A DNA stretch of 64,000 bases, from assembly GCA_045546275.1 (NCBI GenBank), contig JAZQCM010000042.1:70146-134145 (forward strand). The letters run 5' to 3'. The translations under genes were made by a program, and so were the position numbers. Source of the stretch: Clostridia bacterium (GTDB lineage Bacteria; Bacillota; Clostridia; UMGS1883). Positions 45,099 to 54,832 of the stretch are shown here, one piece after another. Within the stretch, counting starts at the first letter, position 1. The number at the start of each line of letters is the position of its first letter. The notes under the pieces were generated by a model. The model made no database searches. It saw only the letters and a list, made by a program, of their open reading frames with translations, and was not told the origin of the DNA.

Positions 45099-46193
45099 AT
45101 GAAAGTAACAGTTGAAAATCTTACAAAAATATATCCTTCACGAAACAGGAAGGACAATAAAAGTGTTGTTGCGGTGAACAGCTTCAACATAGAAATTGCT
45201 GACGGCCAGCTGGTGGGCCTTCTTGGTCCTTCGGGTTGCGGAAAGTCAACAATGCTCAATCTTCTCTCAGGTCTCCAGAAGCCTACAGGGGGAAAAATTT
45301 TCTTCGACGATGACGACGTGACAAACCTTCCGCCCGAAAACCGAGGGGTGGGATTGGTTTTTCAGAACTATGCTTTGTATCCTCACCTTACAGTAAAACA
45401 GAATATAACCTTTCCTTTGGAGAACAGGCGAGGAAAGGACAAGCTCACAAAAAGTGAAATGAGTGATATGGCGCTTGAAAGCGCAAAGCTTGTACAGCTT
45501 GAAAACCTTATGGAGCGTAAGCCGGGTGAGCTTTCGGGTGGTCAGCAGCAGCGAGTTGCAATTGCCCGTGCAATTGTGAAAAACCCCCGAATTCTTCTTC
45601 TTGACGAGCCTCTTTCAAACCTTGACGCAAGACTCAGGCTTCAGACAAGAGAAGAAATCCGAAGAATTCAGCGTTCAACGGGAATTACAACTGTTTTTGT
45701 AACCCATGACCAGGAAGAGGCAATGTCAATATCTGACCTTATTATTGTTATGAAGGACGGAGTTTTACAGCAGGTAGGCAAGCCTCAGGAGGTTTACGAC
45801 AATCCTGTTAATTTGTTTGTGGCAAAGTTTTTGGGTACTCCTCCTGTGAATACCTTTGACGGAGAAGTGAAAAACGGAGGGCTTTATATTGGGGACGAAA
45901 AGATTTTTGATGCTCCCCATATAAGTGACAGACAAGTTATTGTTGCGGTACGTCCCGAGGGCTTTGAAATAAATCCTTCAGGTGTATTTACCTGCAAGCT
46001 TGACCGTGTTGAGGTTATGGGTCGTGACGACAGCATTGTTTCAACTCATGAAAAATCACACAATCCATTTGTCCGCTCTATTATAAGCTCCGAAGAGGCA
46101 AGAAAAGTTGTGGGAGACATGGTGCGATTTGACCTTAAGAAGAATAAAACCTACATTTTTGACAAAGAAACAGAGGAACGCATTTTCTTCTGA
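45099..46193 (+). CDS. Sugar ABC transporter ATP-binding protein (MalK/UgpC/MsmX-like)
   Basis: Start at ATG 45099 (MKVTVENLTKIY). Walker A GPSGCGKST, signature LSGGQQQRVAIARA, Walker B ILLLDEPLSNLD, H-loop VTHDQ, and a C-terminal MalK-type regulatory domain. Confidence 0.9.
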   Translation: MKVTVENLTKIYPSRNRKDNKSVVAVNSFNIEIADGQLVGLLGPSGCGKSTMLNLLSGLQKPTGGKIFFDDDDVTNLPPENRGVGLVFQNYALYPHLTVKQNITFPLENRRGKDKLTKSEMSDMALESAKLVQLENLMERKPGELSGGQQQRVAIARAIVKNPRILLLDEPLSNLDARLRLQTREEIRRIQRSTGITTVFVTHDQEEAMSISDLIIVMKDGVLQQVGKPQEVYDNPVNLFVAKFLGTPPVNTFDGEVKNGGLYIGDEKIFDAPHISDRQVIVAVRPEGFEINPSGVFTCKLDRVEVMGRDDSIVSTHEKSHNPFVRSIISSEEARKVVGDMVRFDLKKNKTYIFDKETEERIFF

Positions 46194-46206
46194 TAAGGAG
46201 CAGGCT

Positions 46207-47097
46207 ATGAAAAATAATAATTTAAAAGGCTGGCTGTATTTGTTGCCTGCCATAATATTTCTCGGTGCATTTTTGGTATACCCGTTGATAGACGTGTTCA
46301 TTTACTCCTTTGAGGAGGGGTACAATTTTGCATCGGAAACATACTCCGGAGTGGGATTGTTCAACTTTTCCTATGTGTTGCGTGACCCGTATTTTCTGCA
46401 GGCTATGAAAAACACTTTGATTCTGGTTCTTATTACTGTGCCTGCATCCACAGCACTGGCACTTTTAATCTCGGTAGGGCTTTCAAGCATTGAAAAGCTC
46501 AGAAACCTTTTCCAGACAGTGTATTTTCTGCCCTATGTAACAAACACTCTGGCGGTGGGACTTGTTTTCATGATTCTTTTTAAACAAACACCCTACACAA
46601 ACGGCTTTGTAAATATTGTGCTGAGCTTTTTCGGCGTTTCACCCATTGACTTTATCGGCGGACCCTACTGGGCAAAAATGCTTGTTTTGTGCTTGTATAC
46701 GGTGTGGGTTGTTATACCCTTTAAAATTATTGTGCTCACAGGTGCAATAGCATCGGTTGACCCCATGTATTATTCAGCTGCAAAGGTTGACGGCACAGGC
46801 AAATGGCGCATATTTACACGCATAACTCTGCCCATGATTTCGCCTACTGTGTTTTATCTTATAATCACAGGCTTTATAGGGGCGTTCAAGGCCTATTCCG
46901 ATGCGGTTGCGCTTTTCGGAACAGCCCTTAACTCCTCCGAAATGAACACCATTGTAGGGTATATTTATGACATGCTCTACGGTAATTCAGGAGGCTATCC
47001 ATCCTTTGCGTCTGCGGCGGCAGTTATACTGTTTGTAATTGTGCTCACAATAACATGCATAAATCTTCTGGTGAGCAAAAAGCATGTTCACTATTAA
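46207..47097 (+). CDS. Sugar ABC transporter permease (MalF/UgpA-like)
   Basis: ATG at 46207 (MKNNNLKGWLYLLPA). Six TM helices and an EAA-type loop (YYSAAKVDGTGKWRIFTRITLP). Confidence 0.88.
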   Translation: MKNNNLKGWLYLLPAIIFLGAFLVYPLIDVFIYSFEEGYNFASETYSGVGLFNFSYVLRDPYFLQAMKNTLILVLITVPASTALALLISVGLSSIEKLRNLFQTVYFLPYVTNTLAVGLVFMILFKQTPYTNGFVNIVLSFFGVSPIDFIGGPYWAKMLVLCLYTVWVVIPFKIIVLTGAIASVDPMYYSAAKVDGTGKWRIFTRITLPMISPTVFYLIITGFIGAFKAYSDAVALFGTALNSSEMNTIVGYIYDMLYGNSGGYPSFASAAAVILFVIVLTITCINLLVSKKHVHY

Positions 47098-47107
47098 GGA
47101 GGCAGCT

Positions 47108-47971
47108 ATGGATTACGAAAAAATTGAAAAATCAACCCGAGTAAAAACAAGGGCGTTCAAAGGCTTTATATATGGCTTTTTGGCTGTGTGGGCAATTTTG
47201 GTGCTGTTTCCCTTTTACTGGATGGTTTTAACAAGCTTTAAAGCCTACGGCGCCTATAACTCCGAGTGGATTCCAAAGCTCTACACCCTAAGCCCCACCC
47301 TGCAAAACTACAAGGATGCCTTCACCCAGGTGCCTTTGGCTGATTATTTTGTAAATACAGTAATTTTCACATTGGTTACAACAGCAGTTATGGTAATAAT
47401 AACCATTCTGGCGGCATTTGCATTTTCAAGGCTTAGTTTTCATGGTCGTGATTTAGTTTTCACAATCTTTCTGGCACTTATGATGATACCAAGTGAGCTT
47501 GTTGTTATTACAAACTTTGTTACAATCACAAACCTTGATTTAAGAAATACCTTTACAGGTCTTATATTACCGTCGGTTACATCGGTGTTTTACATTTATC
47601 TTCTTAAGGAAAACTTTGCACAGATACCCGACGAATTGTACTATGCTGCAAAGGTTGACGGCACAAGTGATTTAAGGTATCTTTTAAAGGTTATGGTGCC
47701 AATATGTAAGCCTACAATAGTTACGGTAACGGTGCTTAAAGTGATTGAGTGCTGGAACAGCTACGTGTGGCCAAGGCTCATAACCGATGATGCAAAGTAT
47801 TTCCTTGTTTCAAACGGCATACAGGAAATCAGGGAAAACGGCTTCGGCCGTGACAACATTCCTGCCATGATGGCATCGGTGGTTGTTATTTCGCTGCCCC
47901 TTGTAATACTGTTTGTGATTTTCCGAAAGAAAATCATGGCAGGTGTTTCGAGAGGGGGTATGAAAGGGTGA
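47108..47971 (+). CDS. Sugar ABC transporter permease (MalG/UgpE-like)
   Basis: RBS AAGGAGG, then ATG at 47108. EAA-type loop YYAAKVDGTSDLRYLLKVMVP. Confidence 0.88.
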   Translation: MDYEKIEKSTRVKTRAFKGFIYGFLAVWAILVLFPFYWMVLTSFKAYGAYNSEWIPKLYTLSPTLQNYKDAFTQVPLADYFVNTVIFTLVTTAVMVIITILAAFAFSRLSFHGRDLVFTIFLALMMIPSELVVITNFVTITNLDLRNTFTGLILPSVTSVFYIYLLKENFAQIPDELYYAAKVDGTSDLRYLLKVMVPICKPTIVTVTVLKVIECWNSYVWPRLITDDAKYFLVSNGIQEIRENGFGRDNIPAMMASVVVISLPLVILFVIFRKKIMAGVSRGGMKG

Positions 47972-49578
47972 AAAAGTTAGTTTCGCTTTTAATTACCCTG
48001 TTAATGCTTTTTACCCTTTCGGCTTGTCACGGACAAATTGACACCGAAAATATAGCATTGCAGAATTCTTTTCAGGTGCCTGAAAAGTTTGACACATCAA
48101 AACAATACGAAATTACCTTTTGGGCAAAAAACGACACAAACCTTACCCAGGTTGAAATTTACAAAAACGCTATTGAAGAATTTCAAAACATTTATCCCAA
48201 TATAAAGGTTAATTTAAGGCTTTATACCGACTATTCAAAAATTTACAACGATGTTATAACAAACATTGCAACTGACACAACTCCCAATGTGTGCATTACA
48301 TATCCTGACCACATTGCAACGTATCTTACAGGCAGTGACACTGTTGTGGCACTTGATAATCTTATGACACACGAAAAATACGGCCTTGGCGGAAGCGAGG
48401 TTAAATTTAATTCCCCCCGATTTGAGGAAATTGTTCCAAAGTTTTTGTCAGAATGTAAAATCGGCTCAAGCCACTATGCACTTCCTTACATGCGCTCTAC
48501 CGAGGTGTGCTACGTTAACAAAACCTTTGTTGAAAAGCTTGGCTACACATTGCCCGAAAAGCTCACCTGGGACTTTGTGTGGGAGGTTTCTGGAAAAGCA
48601 ACACAAAAGGATGCGGACGGAAACTTTGTTGTAAATTCGCAAAAGGTTATGATTCCGTTTTTGTATAAATCAACGGACAACATGATGATACAAATGCTTA
48701 AGCAAAAGGGTGCAGGCTACTCTGACGACAGCGGCAGAATTGAGCTTTTTAACCCTGTAACTGAGGAAATTCTGCTTGAAATTGCAAATCATAGCAAAAC
48801 AGGTGCATTCAACACCTTCAAAATGGCAGGTTATCCTGCAAACTTCCTCAATGCAGGTCAGTGCATTTTTGCGGTTGACTCCACTGCAGGTGCAACCTGG
48901 ATGGGGTCCGAGGCTCCATTGGTGGATATAAGTGAGGATAAGTTAGTTAATTTTGAAATAAGCGTAATGCCTATTCCTCAGTATGATACACAAAACCCCG
49001 TGATGATTTCACAGGGGCCAAGCCTTTGTATATTTAATAAGGAAGATCAAGGAGAGGTTTTAGCCTCCTGGCTCTTTGCCCAGTTTATGCTCACAAATAA
49101 TGTGCAGATTGCATACGCTGAAACCGAGGGCTATGCGCCCGTTACAACCAAAGCACAAAAAAGCGGGGAGTATGTTGATTATCTGTCAAGAAAGGGCGAG
49201 GACAATAATCTTCACTATAAAGTGAAAATTGACGCAACAAATCTTTTATTGGAAAACACCGAAAACACATTTGTCACATCTGTTTTTAATGGTTCGGCAT
49301 CTTTAAGAGATGCGGCAGGACAACTGATTGAAAGCGTTAATAAATCTGTAAGAAGAGGCGAGAAGGTTGACAAAGACTATATAAAAGCACTTTACGACGA
49401 GGTAAGTGCCCTCTACCGTCTTGACGATATTAAAAGCAAAATGCAAACCGGCAATTTAGGCCCAATGCCCGTAGAGTCGGCAGTTTTGTTGATTGTTATT
49501 GCGCTTTGCTGGGTGTGTATGGGTGTTTATTATGTGACGGGAAAAATAAAAAACACAAAAATGAAAGAAAAATGTTGA
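47968..49578 (+). CDS. Extracellular solute-binding lipoprotein (CUT1 family) with extra C-terminal TM helix
   Basis: Lipobox LFTLSAC. The ~480-aa body is typical of large sugar-binding proteins. The C-terminus AVLLIVIALCWVCMGVYYV followed by basic residues forms a TM anchor. Confidence 0.8.
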   Translation: MKKLVSLLITLLMLFTLSACHGQIDTENIALQNSFQVPEKFDTSKQYEITFWAKNDTNLTQVEIYKNAIEEFQNIYPNIKVNLRLYTDYSKIYNDVITNIATDTTPNVCITYPDHIATYLTGSDTVVALDNLMTHEKYGLGGSEVKFNSPRFEEIVPKFLSECKIGSSHYALPYMRSTEVCYVNKTFVEKLGYTLPEKLTWDFVWEVSGKATQKDADGNFVVNSQKVMIPFLYKSTDNMMIQMLKQKGAGYSDDSGRIELFNPVTEEILLEIANHSKTGAFNTFKMAGYPANFLNAGQCIFAVDSTAGATWMGSEAPLVDISEDKLVNFEISVMPIPQYDTQNPVMISQGPSLCIFNKEDQGEVLASWLFAQFMLTNNVQIAYAETEGYAPVTTKAQKSGEYVDYLSRKGEDNNLHYKVKIDATNLLLENTENTFVTSVFNGSASLRDAAGQLIESVNKSVRRGEKVDKDYIKALYDEVSALYRLDDIKSKMQTGNLGPMPVESAVLLIVIALCWVCMGVYYVTGKIKNTKMKEKC

Positions 49579-49646
49579 TTTTTGAAGATATTGTTGTAAA
49601 ATAGTAGTTGTATATAAAAAACTTTATGAAAAAGGAGTAGACAAAC

Positions 49647-50378
49647 ATGAAAAAGATTTTAGCATTGTTAATGGCAGGCGCTATGGTTTTTGCACTTGCA
49701 GCATGCGGCAATGAACCTACAGACCCCACAGAGGTAGCAGTTCCTACCGAAGCTACCGAAGAAGCGGCAGTTGTTATGACTTACGATGAATACATGGCAG
49801 CTGAAATGGAAAGCGAAGTTACTGTTGAAACATATGTTCAGGCACATCAGTCCTGGTGGGACAACAAGATTACTGTTTACTGCCAGAGCGAAGACGGTGC
49901 ATACCTTCTTTATGAACTTGCATGCTCTGAAGAAGATGCAGAAAAGCTTGTTCCCGGTACAAAGATCCGTGTAAACGGTTATAAGAGCGAATGGTCAGGC
50001 GAAGTTGAAATTGTTGATGCTACATTTGAATTTGTAGACGACGGCGAAACATTCGTTGCTGAAGCACTTGACGTTACAGAGCTTCTTGGTAGCGAAGAGC
50101 TTATCAATCATCAGAATAAGTTCGCTTCCTTTAAGGGCATGAGCGTTGAAAACATCAGCTATAAGAACGACGAACCCGGTGATGACATTTACCTTACACT
50201 TGGCTACAACGGTGCTTCCTACGAGTTCTGTGTTGAAGTTTACCTTACAGGAACAGAATCCGACGTTTACACAACAGTTGGTACTCTTGAAGTTGGCGAT
50301 GTGGTTGACGTTGAAGGCTTCCTTTACTGGTACGAAGGCGTTAACCCCCACATTACAGCTATTACAGTTGTTGAATAA
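49647..50378 (+). CDS. Acidic lipoprotein of unknown function
   Basis: Lipobox FALAAC, RBS AAAGGAG, 243 aa. Codon usage looks like that of highly expressed genes. No motif recognised. Confidence 0.65.
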   Translation: MKKILALLMAGAMVFALAACGNEPTDPTEVAVPTEATEEAAVVMTYDEYMAAEMESEVTVETYVQAHQSWWDNKITVYCQSEDGAYLLYELACSEEDAEKLVPGTKIRVNGYKSEWSGEVEIVDATFEFVDDGETFVAEALDVTELLGSEELINHQNKFASFKGMSVENISYKNDEPGDDIYLTLGYNGASYEFCVEVYLTGTESDVYTTVGTLEVGDVVDVEGFLYWYEGVNPHITAITVVE

Positions 50379-50388
50379 TAACGAGTTG

Positions 50389-50418
50389 AAGGACACTCTA
50401 TAAAGAGTGTCCTTTTTG
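50389..50418 (+). terminator. Intrinsic terminator
   Basis: AAGGACACTCT-ATAA-AGAGTGTCC followed by TTTTT. Confidence 0.8.
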
Positions 50419-50539
50419 CTTTTTTATGGGGTTTTCTATTTTTGATAATTTAAAACAAAAAAATGTGCAATGTGTAATTGCATAAAGGATGGCACTATGG
50501 TATAGTTGTAGTATATTAAAAAATATAAAGGTGATGAAA

Positions 50540-52180
50540 ATGAAAAAAGTATTAGCAGGTGCTCTTATTATGGCAATGCTGCTTCCAAAGGTAGCGGTAG
50601 CATCAAATCCCGAAATTATTCAGACAAACAGCGGACAAAGGGTTTATTGTGGCGACCCTGCCGCATTGACAGTTGATACAAACGGTGATGGTGAAGATGA
50701 CAAGGTTTATCTTTACGTAGGTGAAGACACAGGAAGCGGTGCATACTACAGTATGCCTAACTATTTGTGTTTTTCTTCAACCGACATGGTTAACTGGTCT
50801 TATGAGGGGATACCCCTTAAAGCAGGAGACTTTTCATGGGGTAGTGCAAACGATGCATGGGCAAGTCAGGTAATCGAATACAAGGGAAAGTACTATTTTT
50901 ACAACAGTAAAAACAGCTCAGGTATGTCTGTTGCAGTTTCCGATAGCCCTACAGGACCTTTTGTTGACGCTCGTAACGGCTCAAGACTTATAGAGCCTGG
51001 ATGGACACAGGGCAAGGTTGGATGGGACGATATTGACCCCACAGTGTGGGTTGAAACTGTAAATGGTGAAGAGCACCGCTATCTTATGTGGGGCAACAGT
51101 AACCTTTATATGGTTGAATTGAATGAGGACATGATTTCCCTTAAGGGTGGCTCATCGGCTATACGAGAGCTTACAATAAACGGCATACCTCAAAACAGCC
51201 AGTACACAGAGGCTCCGTGGATTTATAAGCGCTCGGGAGATAACACATATTACATTTTCTTTGCCACCAACTGGCATGAGGAGCTTTCGTATGCAACAAG
51301 CGAAAACATATGGGGTCCTTATGAATACAAGGGGCTTGTAATGGCGGTGGGTGCTTCAAGCAACACCAACCATCCTGCTGTTATAGACTTTAAAGGCCAA
51401 ACCTATCTTTTTTATCACACAGGAGCACAGCCTAACGGTGGTGGATACCTCAGAAGCGTGTGCATTGACAGGATGTATTTCGATGAAAACGGCAATGTTG
51501 CACAGCTTGAGGAAAGCAGTATTGGTCTTGAGGGTGAGGCTATAAGCATTTTACTTAACGAAAAAAAGCTTTCTCAGGTGCATTTTGATAACCCTACATT
51601 ACCTTCTGCCTATCCCTTGGGCACAACCTTGCGCCTTGGGGGAAATCCTCTTTACGAAACAGATTCCGAGTGGGAAATAACCGAGGGTAACGGCGGAGTG
51701 CATATTCAATCGGTGAACAAAATGGGCTATTATATAACTGAATACCGCGGAACTGTAAAGCTGCTTCATGACGATGACGATACAGCTGAATCTCTTAACA
51801 GAAGAACCTTTAAGGTAACTGAGTCTGACGGAAAGGTTATGTACGAAAGTGTTTCAAAGAAGGGTATGTATTTAAATGCCGATGAAAGCGGAAATATTGT
51901 ACTTTCTGAAAACGGTGCATATTTCACACTGTCTTGTCGCACAGAGCAAACCCTTTCGGCAAATGTAGCAGACGATGCAATACTCATTTCAGGCACAAGT
52001 GAGCCTGAAAGCGAGCTGTTAATAGTAATTACAGGACCCGATAAAACTACAATTGGCTATGCAAAAACCAACATTAACGGAAAGTTTTCTTACCGCTTTG
52101 TGCCCGAAAACAAAGGCACATACAAAATCACAGCGGCAGGCAGAATAGCCGAGGTTCAATTTGGAGGTGAGGCAGAATGA
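50540..52180 (+). CDS. Secreted glycoside hydrolase family 43 protein
   Basis: ATG at 50540 (MKKVLAGALIM..., signal peptide) after AAAGGTGA. GH43 five-bladed propeller hallmarks by eye: CGDPAALTVD, AWASQVIEYKGKYYFY, DIDPTVWVE, TEAPWIYKRSGDNTYYIFFA. A C-terminal extra beta-domain follows. Confidence 0.82.
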   Translation: MKKVLAGALIMAMLLPKVAVASNPEIIQTNSGQRVYCGDPAALTVDTNGDGEDDKVYLYVGEDTGSGAYYSMPNYLCFSSTDMVNWSYEGIPLKAGDFSWGSANDAWASQVIEYKGKYYFYNSKNSSGMSVAVSDSPTGPFVDARNGSRLIEPGWTQGKVGWDDIDPTVWVETVNGEEHRYLMWGNSNLYMVELNEDMISLKGGSSAIRELTINGIPQNSQYTEAPWIYKRSGDNTYYIFFATNWHEELSYATSENIWGPYEYKGLVMAVGASSNTNHPAVIDFKGQTYLFYHTGAQPNGGGYLRSVCIDRMYFDENGNVAQLEESSIGLEGEAISILLNEKKLSQVHFDNPTLPSAYPLGTTLRLGGNPLYETDSEWEITEGNGGVHIQSVNKMGYYITEYRGTVKLLHDDDDTAESLNRRTFKVTESDGKVMYESVSKKGMYLNADESGNIVLSENGAYFTLSCRTEQTLSANVADDAILISGTSEPESELLIVITGPDKTTIGYAKTNINGKFSYRFVPENKGTYKITAAGRIAEVQFGGEAE

Positions 52181-54150
52181 AAAAGTTTATAATAGTTTTA
52201 ATTTCTTTATTGCTGCTCACTATTTCCGTTAAAGGGGCAGAGATTAATTGTGACTTTGAAAACAACGTAAACTCCTTTAAAAGTGTTACAAACACCCTTT
52301 CTTATGGTGGGAGTGTAAGCTTTACAAATGGCTTTGTAGGAAAAGGCATAGAACTTAACGGCACCTACGGGCTTGAAATAGGACAGGTGAACGATTGCTT
52401 CACAGTATCTGCAATGGTTAATATTACATCAGGTGGCGGAACAGAAACCGTATTTTTCAAAAACATGGGAACTTCATCACAGGAAAAATGGACAAGTGTG
52501 ATTTATGACGAAGGAACGCCTGCTCTTTGGGCGCACGGCGGAAATTACAGCTGGAGCCGCCTTATTACCTCAGGTGAAAACACACTTTCACGCTGGGCGT
52601 ATATTACCTACACTGAGGAAAACGGCATAGGGAAACTGTATGTAAACGGCAAATTGGCAGGTAGCAGCAATGCTACTGTTTCTTCGGGTACTATATATGC
52701 GGCGAGTACCTACTGGAGTGCGGATGCTCCCAATGGCATAATTGACGAAATATATTTTAACAACAGCGTAGCTCTTACCGAAAACCAAATAATGTCTATG
52801 TACACCAATCTTGCCATACAGAATGTGTCAATTCCCAAAAAGACAATAGCTGATATTTCTCTTCCCGAAACAATCGGAAATGCACAGGTAAGTTGGGTTT
52901 CAAGTGACGAAAGCGTTATTTCAAACGAAGGCAAGGTAACAAGAGGCGAAGAAAACGAAACAGTTACACTTTCGCTTTATATGGATAATGAGCTTATTGA
53001 AACCTATAATGTAACAGTTTTAAAAAATGCACAGCACACAAATGACGAGGTTTTGCTTTCCTACATTTTTGACGAAACAACCGAGGCCGTTGTGGAAGAC
53101 GTAAGCGGTAACGGCAACCACGGCACCATTTTCGGTGCAATGGTAGGCACGCATTTTGACGGTGTGGACGACTATGTGGAGCTTCCGGAAAATCTTCTTG
53201 CAAATTCACAAGAGTTTACAATTGTTATGGGTCTTAAATCGGAAATTGCAAAGACCCATCAGTTTACTTTCTGCTTTGGCAGCGGCACAAATAAATACTT
53301 CTTTTTAAACACCTCACGACCGACAACCAACACCTTAAGATTAGCTATCACGGAAAACGGTGCAGGTGCTGAAAAGGATGTTGCAAGCATTCCGGGCATC
53401 CGTGAAGGGGAGCACGCTCAACTTGCAATAGCAGTTAAGGGCAGCGAGGCAACAATGTACAAAAATGGTATTCCTGTTGCTTTCGGCGATTTAGGCATTT
53501 CGCCTGCAGAGCTTGGTAACACAACTGATAACTGGCTGGCAAAATCACCCTACAACGACCCTTACTTCAAAGGCGATATTTACGAATTTACTGTTTATTC
53601 CAAGGCCCTTGAGTTAAGTGAAATTGAATCAATGCACTACACTGAACCTTTAGAAAAAAGCTATATTGAGAAGGTTGAAACCATTTCGGATAATATAACG
53701 GTTTACCTTAACCGTTTTTGTATGATGTCGGCAATCTGCTATGATAGCCGGGGCAAAATGCTTTGTGCTACAACGAAAAAGGTTTCAGGGGATAATCTCA
53801 CTGTGGATTTTACGCTTCCTGAAAACACTGCAAATGTGGAGCTTGCGGCATATGATGCCCACAGAGGAATAATAAAGGACAAAATGGCTGTAGCTATGTA
53901 CGATGGTGTAGTCGCATACTATTCCGATGGTGAAAACATTAAAATAACAAACACAACAGCCTTTGACAAAAATGTTAGTTTAGTGCAGGCTGTTTACAAC
54001 GGAGATATTCTCAAGGATATAAAAACAATTCCCGTAAAGATAAAGGCTTTGTCATACACTGTGGTTGAAAATCCTGTGGAAAAAGGTGGCAAACTTATGG
54101 TGTGGTACAGCGTAAAATCCATGGAGCCTGCTTTGGGCTTAGAAAACTAA
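52177..54150 (+). CDS. Secreted protein with two LamG (Laminin_G_3)-like domains
   Basis: Signal peptide. Two modules end in the LamG_3-type tails IDEIYFNNSVALTENQI and GDIYEFTVYSKALELSEIE. The C-terminal beta-rich domain resembles the C-termini of the module-B proteins. Confidence 0.75.
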   Translation: MKKFIIVLISLLLLTISVKGAEINCDFENNVNSFKSVTNTLSYGGSVSFTNGFVGKGIELNGTYGLEIGQVNDCFTVSAMVNITSGGGTETVFFKNMGTSSQEKWTSVIYDEGTPALWAHGGNYSWSRLITSGENTLSRWAYITYTEENGIGKLYVNGKLAGSSNATVSSGTIYAASTYWSADAPNGIIDEIYFNNSVALTENQIMSMYTNLAIQNVSIPKKTIADISLPETIGNAQVSWVSSDESVISNEGKVTRGEENETVTLSLYMDNELIETYNVTVLKNAQHTNDEVLLSYIFDETTEAVVEDVSGNGNHGTIFGAMVGTHFDGVDDYVELPENLLANSQEFTIVMGLKSEIAKTHQFTFCFGSGTNKYFFLNTSRPTTNTLRLAITENGAGAEKDVASIPGIREGEHAQLAIAVKGSEATMYKNGIPVAFGDLGISPAELGNTTDNWLAKSPYNDPYFKGDIYEFTVYSKALELSEIESMHYTEPLEKSYIEKVETISDNITVYLNRFCMMSAICYDSRGKMLCATTKKVSGDNLTVDFTLPENTANVELAAYDAHRGIIKDKMAVAMYDGVVAYYSDGENIKITNTTAFDKNVSLVQAVYNGDILKDIKTIPVKIKALSYTVVENPVEKGGKLMVWYSVKSMEPALGLEN

Positions 54151-54166
54151 ACAAGGAGATAAAAAC

Positions 54167-54727
54167 ATGCTTACTTTAGAAAAAGCAAAAGAACTGCTTA
54201 ATAAAACCACCACCGAGGAGCATTTGTTCCTGCATGCAAAAAATGTAATGGCGGCAATGGAGGGGCTTGCAAAGCACTTTGGAGAAAACCCTGAACACTG
54301 GAAGGCAATCGGGTACCTGCACGATTACGACTACGAGCAGTTCCCCGAGGAGCACTTGCAGCACACTGAAAAACCTCTTAAAGAGGAAGGCCTGGAGGAT
54401 TTTGAAATCCGTGCAATCCTTGCTCACGGCTACATGATAATAAACAGTGTTGAACCTTTGACAAACCTGGAAAAATCACTTTTTGCAGTTGATGAACTGA
54501 CAGGCATTATTCAAGCGGCAGCAAGGATGCGTCCCATGGGTATAACCGACATGGAAGTGTCCAGCTTTATGAAAAAGTTCAAGGACAAAAAGTTTGCGGC
54601 AAAGTGTGACCGTGAGCTTATAAAAAAAGCTTGCGAAATGCTTGGCATGGAGGTTAAAGAGGTTGCAGAAATTTGTATTGAGTCAATGAAAAACTATGCC
54701 GAGGAATTACAGCTTGGGGTAAAGTAG
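54167..54727 (+). CDS. HD-domain phosphohydrolase
   Basis: 186 aa. LFLHAKNV...IGYLHDYDYEQ (H...HD) and ILAHGY are typical of small HD/HDIG proteins. Confidence 0.75.
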   Translation: MLTLEKAKELLNKTTTEEHLFLHAKNVMAAMEGLAKHFGENPEHWKAIGYLHDYDYEQFPEEHLQHTEKPLKEEGLEDFEIRAILAHGYMIINSVEPLTNLEKSLFAVDELTGIIQAAARMRPMGITDMEVSSFMKKFKDKKFAAKCDRELIKKACEMLGMEVKEVAEICIESMKNYAEELQLGVK

Positions 54728-54731
54728 TGCT

Positions 54732-54770
54732 AAAACAGAGTGGAGAGAAAAATTCTTTCCACTCTGTTTT
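54732..54770 (+). terminator. Intrinsic terminator
   Basis: AAAACAGAGTGGA ... TCCACTCTGTTTT. Confidence 0.75.
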
Positions 54771-54772
54771 TC

Positions 54773-54801
54773 TTGACAGTAATTTGCACTTGGTGTAAAA
54801 T
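54773..54801 (+). promoter_or_regulatory. Putative nadBC promoter
   Basis: TTGACA (54773-54778), 17 nt, TAAAAT (54796-54801). Confidence 0.55.
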
Positions 54802-54832
54802 AAAGGTATCTATATTGAAAGGATCTGACTGT

